From: Bacteroidota bacterium | GTDB taxonomy: Bacteria; Bacteroidota; Bacteroidia; UKL13-3 | Assembly (NCBI GenBank): GCA_027491085.1 | Contig: JAIXWW010000006.1 | Coordinates: 3,407 to 67,406 of the forward strand | Direction: 5' to 3' | DNA length: 64,000 nt | In this document: positions 9,185 to 18,264 of the stretch, in pieces | Numbering within the stretch: the first letter of the stretch is position 1 | How the letters are laid out: each line of letters starts with the position of its first letter | Notes under the pieces: generated by a model | What the model was told of the DNA's origin: nothing | The model's input: only the letters and a program-made list of their open reading frames with translations | Database searches by the model: none | Position numbers and translations under genes: made by a program

Positions 9185-10066
9185 TTAGCAAATATTATTG
9201 ATTTGTTCCTTAATTTTCTCTAATTCATCTTTCATTTCTACCACCAATCGCTGCATATTGCTATCGTTGCTTTTGCTACCAATGGTATTGATTTCTCTGC
9301 CCATTTCTTGAGCTATAAAACCTAATTTTTTACCATTAGTATCTTGTTTTAAAGTTTCTAAAAAGAAAGTGCAATGCTCGGTTAACCTCGATTTTTCCTC
9401 GTTAATATCTAGTTTTTCAATATAATAAATCAACTCTTGTTCAAAACGATTTTTATCAATTAAATCGGTTTGTAAGCTACTTAATTCCTTAGCAATTTTG
9501 GCTCTTACATTTTCAATTCTTGCAGTTTCAAAAGGTGCTAACGCAATCAATTTACCTTGAATACTTTGGCATAAATTAACCAATTCAGTAGCTAAAATTT
9601 CACCTTCGCGTGTTCTAAATTTATTAAACTCAACCAAGGCATTGTTAACAGTATTCACAATTATTTTCCAATCATCTTCATTGGTGCCTTCATCTTCCTT
9701 ACTTTGAATAATTCCAGGAAAATCAAAAATTGATTTAAATAGCTGACTACTTGGTATATTAGTTTGAGAAGAAAGGTTGTTTATTTGAGTTAAATAAAAT
9801 TTCGCCACATCTTGATTGATGGGCAAATATGAATCGTTGGTATTTTTGTTTGTAATATTGATACTAATGCTAATACTGCCTCTTTCTAGCTTTTTCGATA
9901 AATCATTGCGCAGCTCCAACTCCTTATTTTGCAAATTGCGGGGCATACGAATATTAATATCTAAAAACTTACCATTTAAAGCTTTAATATCTACTTTGCA
10001 TAAAAATTGGTCTGTATCGGTTTCAGCTTGCCCAAAACCCGTCATTGATTTTATCATATTTTTCAA
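9185..10066 (-). CDS. yicC: YicC/YloC family endoribonuclease
   Basis: SMTGFG N-terminus; GKKLGFIAQEMGREINTIGSK; conserved position upstream of gmk. Confidence 0.93.
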   Translation of the reverse strand: MKNMIKSMTGFGQAETDTDQFLCKVDIKALNGKFLDINIRMPRNLQNKELELRNDLSKKLERGSISISINITNKNTNDSYLPINQDVAKFYLTQINNLSSQTNIPSSQLFKSIFDFPGIIQSKEDEGTNEDDWKIIVNTVNNALVEFNKFRTREGEILATELVNLCQSIQGKLIALAPFETARIENVRAKIAKELSSLQTDLIDKNRFEQELIYYIEKLDINEEKSRLTEHCTFFLETLKQDTNGKKLGFIAQEMGREINTIGSKSNDSNMQRLVVEMKDELEKIKEQINNIC

Positions 10067-10093
10067 AAAAAAGAAAGCGAAAGTAGGTTAAAT

Positions 10094-10193
10094 TTGTGAA
10101 TTATGATTTATGATTTGTGAAGTTCACTATAAGTATTGAATTCATTAGCATCAAGACAAAAATCAAAACTCAGCAATCAAAAATCAAAACTCA
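10094..10193. repeat. inverted pair of heptamer tandem arrays
   Basis: TTGTGAA TTATGAT TTATGAT TTGTGAA (10094-10121) and AAAATCA AAACTCA GCAATCA AAAATCA AAACTCA (10159-10193). Confidence 0.75.
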
Positions 10194-10229
10194 CTTAATC
10201 TTTTAATCATGCAATCTTTCAATTTAGTT

Positions 10230-10237
10230 TATATTTG
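10230..10237 (+). promoter_or_regulatory. Bacteroidota primary-sigma -7 element
   Basis: TATATTTG fits TAnnTTTG, 6 nt before the ATG at 10244. Confidence 0.6.
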
Positions 10238-10243
10238 CCTTTC

Positions 10244-10609
10244 ATGAAATCAATAATTTTTGTAGCCCTTGGAGGTGCTTTGGGAGCGGTTTTACGCTAT
10301 TTGTTTTCTGTATTGTTAAAAGATTATACCCAAGTACAGTTTCCAATTAACACTTTTTTGGTAAATGCCATAGGCTGCTTTTGCATTGGTTTGTGTTATG
10401 CTTTATTTTTAAACAATAATCATTTCGATACCATCAAATTGCTGCTTATAGTTGGCATATTAGGTGGTTTTACTACGTATTCATCATTCGCATTCGAAAC
10501 CATTACCATGTTCAAACAGCAACTTTTTAAACAGGCTTTTGCTTATATTTTATTAACCAATTTGGTATGCATTGGGTTTGCATATTTAGGATTTTCAATT
10601 AAAAGCTAA
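10244..10609 (+). CDS. crcB: fluoride efflux channel CrcB/Fluc
   Basis: GGALGAVLRY, NAIGCF, GILGGFTTYSSF; start moved to ATG 10244. Confidence 0.93.
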   Translation: MKSIIFVALGGALGAVLRYLFSVLLKDYTQVQFPINTFLVNAIGCFCIGLCYALFLNNNHFDTIKLLLIVGILGGFTTYSSFAFETITMFKQQLFKQAFAYILLTNLVCIGFAYLGFSIKS

Positions 10610-11532
10610 TGGAAGGAATTGTTGTAAAATCAACGGGAAGTTGGTATGAGGTAATGATACCTAATTTGCAAATCGTAAATTGTCGGTTAAAAGGTAAGTT
10701 TAGATTGCAAGGTTTAAAACACACCAATCCTGTAACCGTTGGCGATAAAGTAAATTTTGAAATGGAACCCAACAGTGAAAATGGGGTAATTTTTTCAATT
10801 GAAAATCGAAAAAATTATATCATTCGTAAGGCCAGCAATCTTTCAAAACAAACACACATTATAGCCAGTAATATTGACCAAGCTATATTAATGGTAACTA
10901 TTGCTTTTCCTACTACTTCGTTAGGTTTTATTGATCGCTTTTTGGCTACAGCCGAGGCTTATCATATTCCAACTACTATTATTTTTAATAAAGTAGATTT
11001 ATGTACCGATGGATTGGAAGATGTATTGAACGATACCATTCATTTATATCATAATCAAGTTGGGTATAATTACATAAAAACTTCAGTTAATGACCAAATT
11101 GGGTTAGATGAAGTAAAGGCTTTGTTGAAAGATAAAACCACTTTAGTTGCAGGTCATTCTGGAGTAGGAAAATCATCGTTATTAAACGGAATTGAGCCTA
11201 ACTTAAACTTAAAAACGGGCGAAATTTCAAAGTCGAGTTTTAATGGGCAACATACCACCACTTTTGCTCAAATGCATCCTTTAAGTTTTGGTGGATTTAT
11301 TATTGATACACCCGGAATTAGAGAGTTTGGTGTAGTGGATTTAAACAATGCAGAACTATCGCATTATTTTAAAGAAATGAAACCCTATATTGGTAAATGT
11401 AAATTCAATAATTGCAAACACATGAACGAACCTCAATGTGCGGTTTTAGAAGCCATAGAACAAGGTATTATTCCTGCCGAACGTTATCAAAGTTACCTCA
11501 GCATCATGGCTAACGAAGATGTGTTTAATTAG
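10609..11532 (+). CDS. rsgA: ribosome small subunit-dependent GTPase A
   Basis: NKVD, GHSGVGKSS, HTTT, DTPG, CKFNNCKH...C zinc motif. Confidence 0.96.
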   Translation: MEGIVVKSTGSWYEVMIPNLQIVNCRLKGKFRLQGLKHTNPVTVGDKVNFEMEPNSENGVIFSIENRKNYIIRKASNLSKQTHIIASNIDQAILMVTIAFPTTSLGFIDRFLATAEAYHIPTTIIFNKVDLCTDGLEDVLNDTIHLYHNQVGYNYIKTSVNDQIGLDEVKALLKDKTTLVAGHSGVGKSSLLNGIEPNLNLKTGEISKSSFNGQHTTTFAQMHPLSFGGFIIDTPGIREFGVVDLNNAELSHYFKEMKPYIGKCKFNNCKHMNEPQCAVLEAIEQGIIPAERYQSYLSIMANEDVFN

Positions 11533-11555
11533 GATTTTAAAAAAATTGCTCTATT

Positions 11556-14500
11556 ATGGCTATAAAATTATATATGAATGCTACTAAATTATTACTTATT
11601 TTATTGTTTTTCTATTTTAAAACAACTTTTGCAATTGAAGTAATAAAACCCTCAACAATTCAATTTGGTTTTGTTGAAAACAAGGGTCAAATCGTTGATC
11701 AATATAATAAGCCTAACACATCAGTTTTGTATAAATTATCATGTAAGGGGTTGAATGTTCAATTAAGACAAAACTGCTTTAGCTATGAAGTTGTAAAAAA
11801 ACAAGTACTTCCAAATACAAAAATTGTTGATACAAAATCGCTGTTAAATAAATTTGATTCAAACAATTTCGAATATAATTTTCATCGAATCGATATTTCA
11901 TTGGTTGGATCAAATCCAGCACCTACAATCATAGCAGATGAACCTTTTGAAGATTATATCAATTATTATATTACAAATACATATGAGAAAGGAATTGTAA
12001 AAGTTCAACATTTCAAAAAAATAACATATCAAAACATTTATCCATTTATTGATGTAGAATTTATTTTTAATCAAGAAAAACTTGATCAACCTTTTAAATA
12101 CAATTTCATTATTCACCCTGGTGGGAATTTAAATCAAATAAAGTTGAAATACGATGGGGCTCTCAAAACTTCCTTAACTAATAATGGCAATGTTTTACTA
12201 AAAACAAATGTTGGACTTATTGAAGAGAGAGTGCCTTACAGTTATGTTTACAATGAACTTACAGCAACAAAAACAGAGCAAATTGTTGATTTAAAGTTCA
12301 AAATTGATGCTGAAGAAAACCAAGAATTTACCAATGTTTATAGATTTGAAAAAATAAATTATGATCATAGAAAAACATTGGTAATTGATCCAACTCCTTG
12401 GGCCACTTATTTTGGTTCCGATCAAAGTGAACAAGGTTATGATGTTGTTACAGATTCTATGGGAAATGTCTTAATTGTTGGAAGAACCACTTCAACTCAT
12501 GGTATTGCAACAAATGGTGCTTTTCAAACAGTGTTTGGTAGTTTAACCATGCCTGGTAGTGATGCTTTTATTTTAAAAATGAATGCCAATGGAGATAGAG
12601 TTTGGTCAACTTTTTTTGGAGGAAATGGAGAAGAATTAGGGCAGAGTATTTCAACAAATAATCAGAATGAAATTGTTATTTGTGGTGTTACCTCATCATT
12701 GAATATGTTTACCACAGTTGGTGCTTTTAAAACAACATACAGTGCTGGTGTATCAACGCCTGCAGCTTCTGAAATGTTTTTGGCGAAATTTAACCAAGCA
12801 GGTTTTATTCAATGGTCAACTTTTTTTGGTGGAGTTGGCAATGAAACAGGAGGCAAAGTTAAATTTGATTATGCTGGAAATATTTGTTTTGTTGGAACTA
12901 CTGAATCATATAATTTAATTGCTTCAGTTGGCGCCTTTAAAACAATAAATAGTGGAGGCACAAAAGATGCATTTATTGCTAAATTTAATACTTATGGCAA
13001 CAGATTATGGTCAACATTCTATGGTGGTGACTCCTACGATACGGGCAATGATATTTCAATAGATAAATGGAACAATATTTTTTTAGTTGGTACCACAAAT
13101 TCAAGTAATAATATAGCAACCACATCTGTACACAAACCAACTTTAGGTTTAAGTGGTTATGATGCTTTTATTGTAAAGTTTAACGAATTTGGACAAAGGC
13201 AATTTGGTTCTTATTTTGGAGGAAATAATACAGAAATTGGTAATTCAATCACTGTGAGTGATAGTGGTTATTTATATATTGCTGGTACTACTTTTTCTAA
13301 CTTAAACTTAGCAACAGTTGGTGCTTTTCAAACAGTTTCATCTCCGTCAGTTAGTGTACTTGGTGATGGTTTTATTGCAAAATTGGATAGTACATGCATG
13401 TTATTATGGTCTACTTATTATGGCGATACCTCAGAAGACGTAATCAATGAAGTTGTAGTTAATAAAAAGGGAAATATTTATTTAATAGGAACAACTAATT
13501 CAAGAGCTGGTTTTGCTTCCAATACAGCTCATCAAAGAACCAGTGGCGGAGCGCATGATGTGCTTGTTGCCAATTTTGAAAATAATGGCAATAGAATTTG
13601 GGGTACTTTTTATGGTGGTACTGGCAGTGATTATGGTTATGGAATATGGGAAGATAAAGAAGAATATATTTATTTTACAGGATCAACTGGCTCTTCAAAT
13701 GGAATAGCTACAAATGGAGCATTTAGTTCAGTTCCTGATTTGGGTACAAATGCTTTCGTAGCAAAATTTTCAAACAATGGTGCGCTAAAAACCATAAAAA
13801 ATAATTCATTTTATGATTATCAGTTTATATTTAAAAATTCAATGACTGATTCCTTCATTGGTTCAACACCTACAGATGGTTATGGCGATTTTACTTATAA
13901 GTGGATAAGTTCAGAAAATGGAAGAGATTCAATATACACTGATGCAATTGGAGTAAATAATTTAGTAAATTATTTACCTGGTACATTAAACAAAACAACA
14001 TGGTACAAGCGAATCGTATATTCAGGAGTAACAACTGATACATCAAGTGCAAAAGCAGTTTTTGTATACGATACGCTGTCAAACAATAAAATATTTGCTC
14101 AATTAGCTGTTTGTAATGGAGCAAAAGCATTTGTAAAAGGCGAAAACGTTATTGGAGGATTTGGAGTTTCTTATCTTTGGTTAATTTCAACCACAGATTC
14201 AATAAGTGGATTTTCAATTGCTACTGGTTTAAATAGGGGAACTGATTATATTTTTATACCATCTGCAAACAAAGTATGGTTAAAAAGAGTGGCTTATTCT
14301 TTAGATAAAAGTGACACATCAAATACCGTAAGTATAACTGTTATAAATGCTCCTCACCCTAAAATTGGTTACTTTATAAACAATACAAGTCAGTGTTTAA
14401 GTAATAATCATTTTGTATTTACTGATACTTCAACTGTTAATAGCGGCATTTTAACTAGGAAATGGTATACCAATGACAGCATCTTTGAGACATCGAACAA

Positions 14501-15848
14501 TGTTTTAAATAAAAATTTTGTGAAGGCAGGATTGCATATTTTGAAATTAGTGATTGAAACTGATTTAGGATGTAAAGACTCTCTAAGCGATATTTTTGTA
14601 GTTGCCCTTCATCAAACAAATGTTTCGTTCAATATCAATCAAAAAATGCAGTGCAAACAAAATGAGTTTTTGTTTTCTGACAATACAGTGATAGACAGTT
14701 CAGGGCATGAAGTTTACTTCAGGTATTGGCATTTGGGCGATGGTGAAATAGATAGTTCAAATGTTTCTATTATTAAAAAAACATATCAGCCAGGAAATTA
14801 TACTGTAAAATTATTTAACAAAACATACTTTGGATGTATTGATTCTTTTGAGCAATCAATTAGTGTAAGTAGTTTTGATAAGCCAGTTGTAGGTTTTATA
14901 AATACTATTCAAAATCAATGTTTGAACAATAATAGTTTTAGTTTTATTGATACCTCAATTTCATTGGCATCTTCCATAATTAGGGAATGGAGCTTTGGAG
15001 ACTCCACTTTTTCATCTGATTCAATTAACCAAAAAAGATATCAAAATGATGGAAACTTTATGGTAAAACTTAAAGTTACCAATGGTAAAAATTGTGCCGA
15101 TTCAATTACAAAACAAATTCAAGTTTATCAATTACCAAAGCCATTAATAGCAATCAATAAAAGCGAGCAATGTTTACTCGGAAACAACTTTATTTTTAAA
15201 GAAACTTCTGCTCTAAACTACTCCGTTAATTGGGATTTAGGCGATTCAAGCAACAGTGATAGTGTAATTGTTAACAAAATGTATAACAAAGCTGGGAAGT
15301 ATGAAATAAAACTATTTACCACCGATAGCAATAATTGTAAAGATACTTCGGTAAAAAACATTGAAGTATTTAAAACACCAATAAAACCAATCATTACTCA
15401 AATTTCTAACACTGAGCTAAGTTGTACGTTGGCTAATTATTACCAATGGTTCTTAAACGATTCATTATTATTGAATAAAAATACACAAAACATTCAAATT
15501 AATAAAAGCGGAAAATATAAAGTTCAAATAAGTGACTCAAATGGTTGTTTTAGCATTTCCGATTCTTTAATTGTAAAAATTGTAGGTGTTGATGAATTGG
15601 ATAACAATAAAGAAATAAGTGTTTACCCTAATCCATTCTCTGATGTTTTAGAAATAGATTTAAAAGGATTTTATTCTCAATCTTTATTCATTCAATTATC
15701 TGATGTTTTAGGCAAAAATATTTTCTCGGAAAATATCAAACCAAATTCAAACAATACTTTTTCAATAAACACCAGCAGTTTTAATCTTACCAAAGGAATC
15801 TATATTTTAAAAGTGAACAATAAATTCTTTAAAATAATAAAAGAATAA
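11556..15848 (+). CDS. large T9SS-secreted protein with SBBP-type beta-propeller repeats and PKD domains
   Basis: FVENKGQ N-terminal domain; repeated WSTF(F/Y)GG...D(A/G)FI(A/V)KF units; WHLGDG/WSFGD PKD motifs; C-terminal VYPNP...KGIYILKV CTD. Confidence 0.85.
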   Translation: MAIKLYMNATKLLLILLFFYFKTTFAIEVIKPSTIQFGFVENKGQIVDQYNKPNTSVLYKLSCKGLNVQLRQNCFSYEVVKKQVLPNTKIVDTKSLLNKFDSNNFEYNFHRIDISLVGSNPAPTIIADEPFEDYINYYITNTYEKGIVKVQHFKKITYQNIYPFIDVEFIFNQEKLDQPFKYNFIIHPGGNLNQIKLKYDGALKTSLTNNGNVLLKTNVGLIEERVPYSYVYNELTATKTEQIVDLKFKIDAEENQEFTNVYRFEKINYDHRKTLVIDPTPWATYFGSDQSEQGYDVVTDSMGNVLIVGRTTSTHGIATNGAFQTVFGSLTMPGSDAFILKMNANGDRVWSTFFGGNGEELGQSISTNNQNEIVICGVTSSLNMFTTVGAFKTTYSAGVSTPAASEMFLAKFNQAGFIQWSTFFGGVGNETGGKVKFDYAGNICFVGTTESYNLIASVGAFKTINSGGTKDAFIAKFNTYGNRLWSTFYGGDSYDTGNDISIDKWNNIFLVGTTNSSNNIATTSVHKPTLGLSGYDAFIVKFNEFGQRQFGSYFGGNNTEIGNSITVSDSGYLYIAGTTFSNLNLATVGAFQTVSSPSVSVLGDGFIAKLDSTCMLLWSTYYGDTSEDVINEVVVNKKGNIYLIGTTNSRAGFASNTAHQRTSGGAHDVLVANFENNGNRIWGTFYGGTGSDYGYGIWEDKEEYIYFTGSTGSSNGIATNGAFSSVPDLGTNAFVAKFSNNGALKTIKNNSFYDYQFIFKNSMTDSFIGSTPTDGYGDFTYKWISSENGRDSIYTDAIGVNNLVNYLPGTLNKTTWYKRIVYSGVTTDTSSAKAVFVYDTLSNNKIFAQLAVCNGAKAFVKGENVIGGFGVSYLWLISTTDSISGFSIATGLNRGTDYIFIPSANKVWLKRVAYSLDKSDTSNTVSITVINAPHPKIGYFINNTSQCLSNNHFVFTDTSTVNSGILTRKWYTNDSIFETSNNVLNKNFVKAGLHILKLVIETDLGCKDSLSDIFVVALHQTNVSFNINQKMQCKQNEFLFSDNTVIDSSGHEVYFRYWHLGDGEIDSSNVSIIKKTYQPGNYTVKLFNKTYFGCIDSFEQSISVSSFDKPVVGFINTIQNQCLNNNSFSFIDTSISLASSIIREWSFGDSTFSSDSINQKRYQNDGNFMVKLKVTNGKNCADSITKQIQVYQLPKPLIAINKSEQCLLGNNFIFKETSALNYSVNWDLGDSSNSDSVIVNKMYNKAGKYEIKLFTTDSNNCKDTSVKNIEVFKTPIKPIITQISNTELSCTLANYYQWFLNDSLLLNKNTQNIQINKSGKYKVQISDSNGCFSISDSLIVKIVGVDELDNNKEISVYPNPFSDVLEIDLKGFYSQSLFIQLSDVLGKNIFSENIKPNSNNTFSINTSSFNLTKGIYILKVNNKFFKIIKE

Positions 15849-15850
15849 AC

Positions 15851-16303
15851 ATGCGCGCAATTATTCAACGAGTTACTGAAGCACAAGTACATATTGATAA
15901 CAAACTATTTTCTGAAATTGGAAATGGATTATTGATTTTATTAGGAATTGAGGATACCGACACCGAAGAGGATATTAATTGGTTGGCTCAAAAAATGGTA
16001 AACCTCAGGGTTTTTAACGATGAAAATGGCGTGATGAATATCTCTCTCCTAGATGCCAATGCCGATATTTTATTGGTGAGTCAGTTTACACTTTTTGCAT
16101 CTACTAAAAAAGGAAACCGACCTTCATATATCAAAGCTAGCAGACCAGAATTTGCCATTCCATTGTATGAAAAAATGATAGCAAAATTGGAAGAACTTTT
16201 AGGCAAAAAATTAGCAACAGGATCATTTGGTGCTGATATGCAAATCAGCTTAACCAATAATGGTCCTGTGACAATTATGATTGATAGTAAGATGAAGGAA
16301 TAG
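15851..16303 (+). CDS. dtd: D-aminoacyl-tRNA deacylase
   Basis: MRAIIQRV, SQFTL, FGADM, NNGPVT. Confidence 0.96.
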   Translation: MRAIIQRVTEAQVHIDNKLFSEIGNGLLILLGIEDTDTEEDINWLAQKMVNLRVFNDENGVMNISLLDANADILLVSQFTLFASTKKGNRPSYIKASRPEFAIPLYEKMIAKLEELLGKKLATGSFGADMQISLTNNGPVTIMIDSKMKE

Positions 16304-16356
16304 TTGATAGTTGATAGTCAATAGACCATGGTCCATCGTCTATTAGCTATTCACTA
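16301..16356. repeat. inverted heptamer array spanning the dtd and purQ stop codons
   Basis: TAGTTGA TAGTTGA TAGTCAA TAGACCA | TGGTCCA TCGTCTA TTAGCTA TTCACTA in unbroken 7-nt register. Confidence 0.8.
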
Positions 16357-17035
16357 ACTGCAACAAACTTTCGAACATGGTGCGTCCGTCAGTGTTGTAA
16401 ATATCAGCATCAACCGCGCGTTCGGGGTGTGGCATCATACCAAACACATTGCGGTTTTTATTACAAATTCCAGCAATATTTTCCAATGCACCATTCGGAT
16501 TGGTTTCAGCAGAAACGTTTCCATTTTCATCGCAGTATCTAAATAATATTTGGTCGTTGGCTTTTAACTCTTGCAATAATTCATCATTGCAATAAAATCT
16601 ACCTTCGCCATGCGCAATAGGAATTTTCAAAGCTTTTCCAACTTCATTTAAACTTGTAATTTTACTGTTATTGGTTTCGGTTTTTATAAATACATTTTTG
16701 CAATTAAATTTTTGGTGATCGTTATGCAATAATGCGCCCGGCAATAAACCGCTTTCGCATAAAATTTGAAAACCATTGCAAACTCCCCAAACCAATCCGC
16801 CATTATTGGCAAATTCAATTACACTTTGCATAATAGGCGAAAAACGAGCAATTGCACCGCTGCGTAAATAATCGCCATAGCTAAAACCACCTGGCAAAAA
16901 CACCAAATCTACATTTTGTAAATCAGTATCTTTATGCCAAAGTTCTACTACCTCTTGGCCAAACATGTTTTGAAATGCCCAAACTGCGTCTTTATCGCAA
17001 TTACTTCCCGGAAATATTAATACACCTATTTTCAT
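16343..17035 (-). CDS. purQ: phosphoribosylformylglycinamidine synthase subunit PurQ
   Basis: [32 protein letters not shown]. Confidence 0.96.
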   Translation of the reverse strand: MKIGVLIFPGSNCDKDAVWAFQNMFGQEVVELWHKDTDLQNVDLVFLPGGFSYGDYLRSGAIARFSPIMQSVIEFANNGGLVWGVCNGFQILCESGLLPGALLHNDHQKFNCKNVFIKTETNNSKITSLNEVGKALKIPIAHGEGRFYCNDELLQELKANDQILFRYCDENGNVSAETNPNGALENIAGICNKNRNVFGMMPHPERAVDADIYNTDGRTMFESLLQLVNS

Positions 17036-17051
17036 ATAATTTTCTTTTGGC

Positions 17052-17069
17052 TCCCGATAGCTATCGGGA
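17052..17069. repeat. 18-bp perfect palindrome TCCCGATAGCTATCGGGA
   Basis: Identical copy at 53953-53970; variant at 50833-50850. Confidence 0.85.
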
Positions 17070-17121
17070 TGGCTCCTAATATTTATTTGGATAGCCTTTA
17101 GCCATTTGTTTTATTTCTTTT

Positions 17122-18156
17122 TTAAAATGCTTTCCAACCTTGAGCTTTTAACTCGTGTTTTTGACCGCCTTTGCTAATCATGTTTACACCTTCATCAGGT
17201 TTGGTAACATGCCCAATTACGGTAAAATCAGGATGGTTTTCTATTTTTTTATAATCGCTTTGTTTAATGGTAAATAACAATTCGTAATCTTCTCCACCGC
17301 TTAAAGCTGTTAAAGTTGGATCTAAATCTAACTCGCGCGCCATGTTGTAAGTAGTGGCATCAATTGGAATTTTTTCTTCATAAATGGTAATTCCCATTTT
17401 TGATTGATCGGCCAAATGAAATATTTCAGAAGCCAAACCATCACTTACATCAATCATAGCTGTTGGAACAATTTCCAAAGCCTTAAACATATCTATAACA
17501 TCTTTTCTAGCTTCAGGCTTCAACTGACGTTCCAAAATATAATCGTGTCCAGCTAAATCTGGCTGCAAATCTGGATTATTAATAAACACGCGTTTTTCGC
17601 GTTCTAATAATTGAAAACCAGCATAAGCACCGCCTAAATCGCCTGTTACACAAACCAAATCATATTCTTTTGCACCATTTCGGTAAACTACTTCGTTTTC
17701 AGCAGCTTCGCCAATTACTGTTACACTAATTACCAAACCTTGTTTGCTTGAAGTGGTATCGCCACCAATAATATCAATTTTATATTTTTCGCAAGCTAAA
17801 TTTATGCCTTCGTAAATTTCTTGAATAGCTTCTACACTAAATTTACTGCTAATTCCTAACGAAACTGTAATTTGTTTAGGCGTTCCATTCATGGCATAAA
17901 TGTCGCTTGCATTTACGCTTACCGCCTTGTAACCCAAATGTTTTAAAGGAAAATAACTTAAATCAAAATGAATTCCTTCTAGCAACATATCGGTTGAAAC
18001 CAAAGTAACTTTTCCGTTAGTAGGATTAATAACTGCGGCATCATCGCCTACACCTTTAAGTGTATTATTCTTTAATTCAATGTGTTGCGTAAGTTGTTTA
18101 ATTAAGCCAAATTCGCCAATTGTTTCTAATTTTGTTATTTCAGGTTCATTAAACAT
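17122..18156 (-). CDS. thiL: thiamine-monophosphate kinase
   Basis: GEFGLI, GVGDDAA, NASDIYAM, GGDT, DVSDGL, GGEDYELLF. Confidence 0.95.
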   Translation of the reverse strand: MFNEPEITKLETIGEFGLIKQLTQHIELKNNTLKGVGDDAAVINPTNGKVTLVSTDMLLEGIHFDLSYFPLKHLGYKAVSVNASDIYAMNGTPKQITVSLGISSKFSVEAIQEIYEGINLACEKYKIDIIGGDTTSSKQGLVISVTVIGEAAENEVVYRNGAKEYDLVCVTGDLGGAYAGFQLLEREKRVFINNPDLQPDLAGHDYILERQLKPEARKDVIDMFKALEIVPTAMIDVSDGLASEIFHLADQSKMGITIYEEKIPIDATTYNMARELDLDPTLTALSGGEDYELLFTIKQSDYKKIENHPDFTVIGHVTKPDEGVNMISKGGQKHELKAQGWKAF

Positions 18157-18217
18157 GGGCGCAAATTACTAAAAATATAGGAAGTGAAAGAATAGAAAAA
18201 GCTATTTTTTATTTTTT

Positions 18218-18248
18218 TGTAACAATTAAAAACCCATTGTTACATTTG
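18218..18248 (+). promoter_or_regulatory. crtD promoter with an overlapping inverted repeat (candidate operator)
   Basis: TGTAACAAT-N9-ATTGTTACA overlapping TACATTTG (TAnnTTTG, 18241-18248). Confidence 0.5.
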
Positions 18249-18264
18249 GGGTTATAAATCAAAG

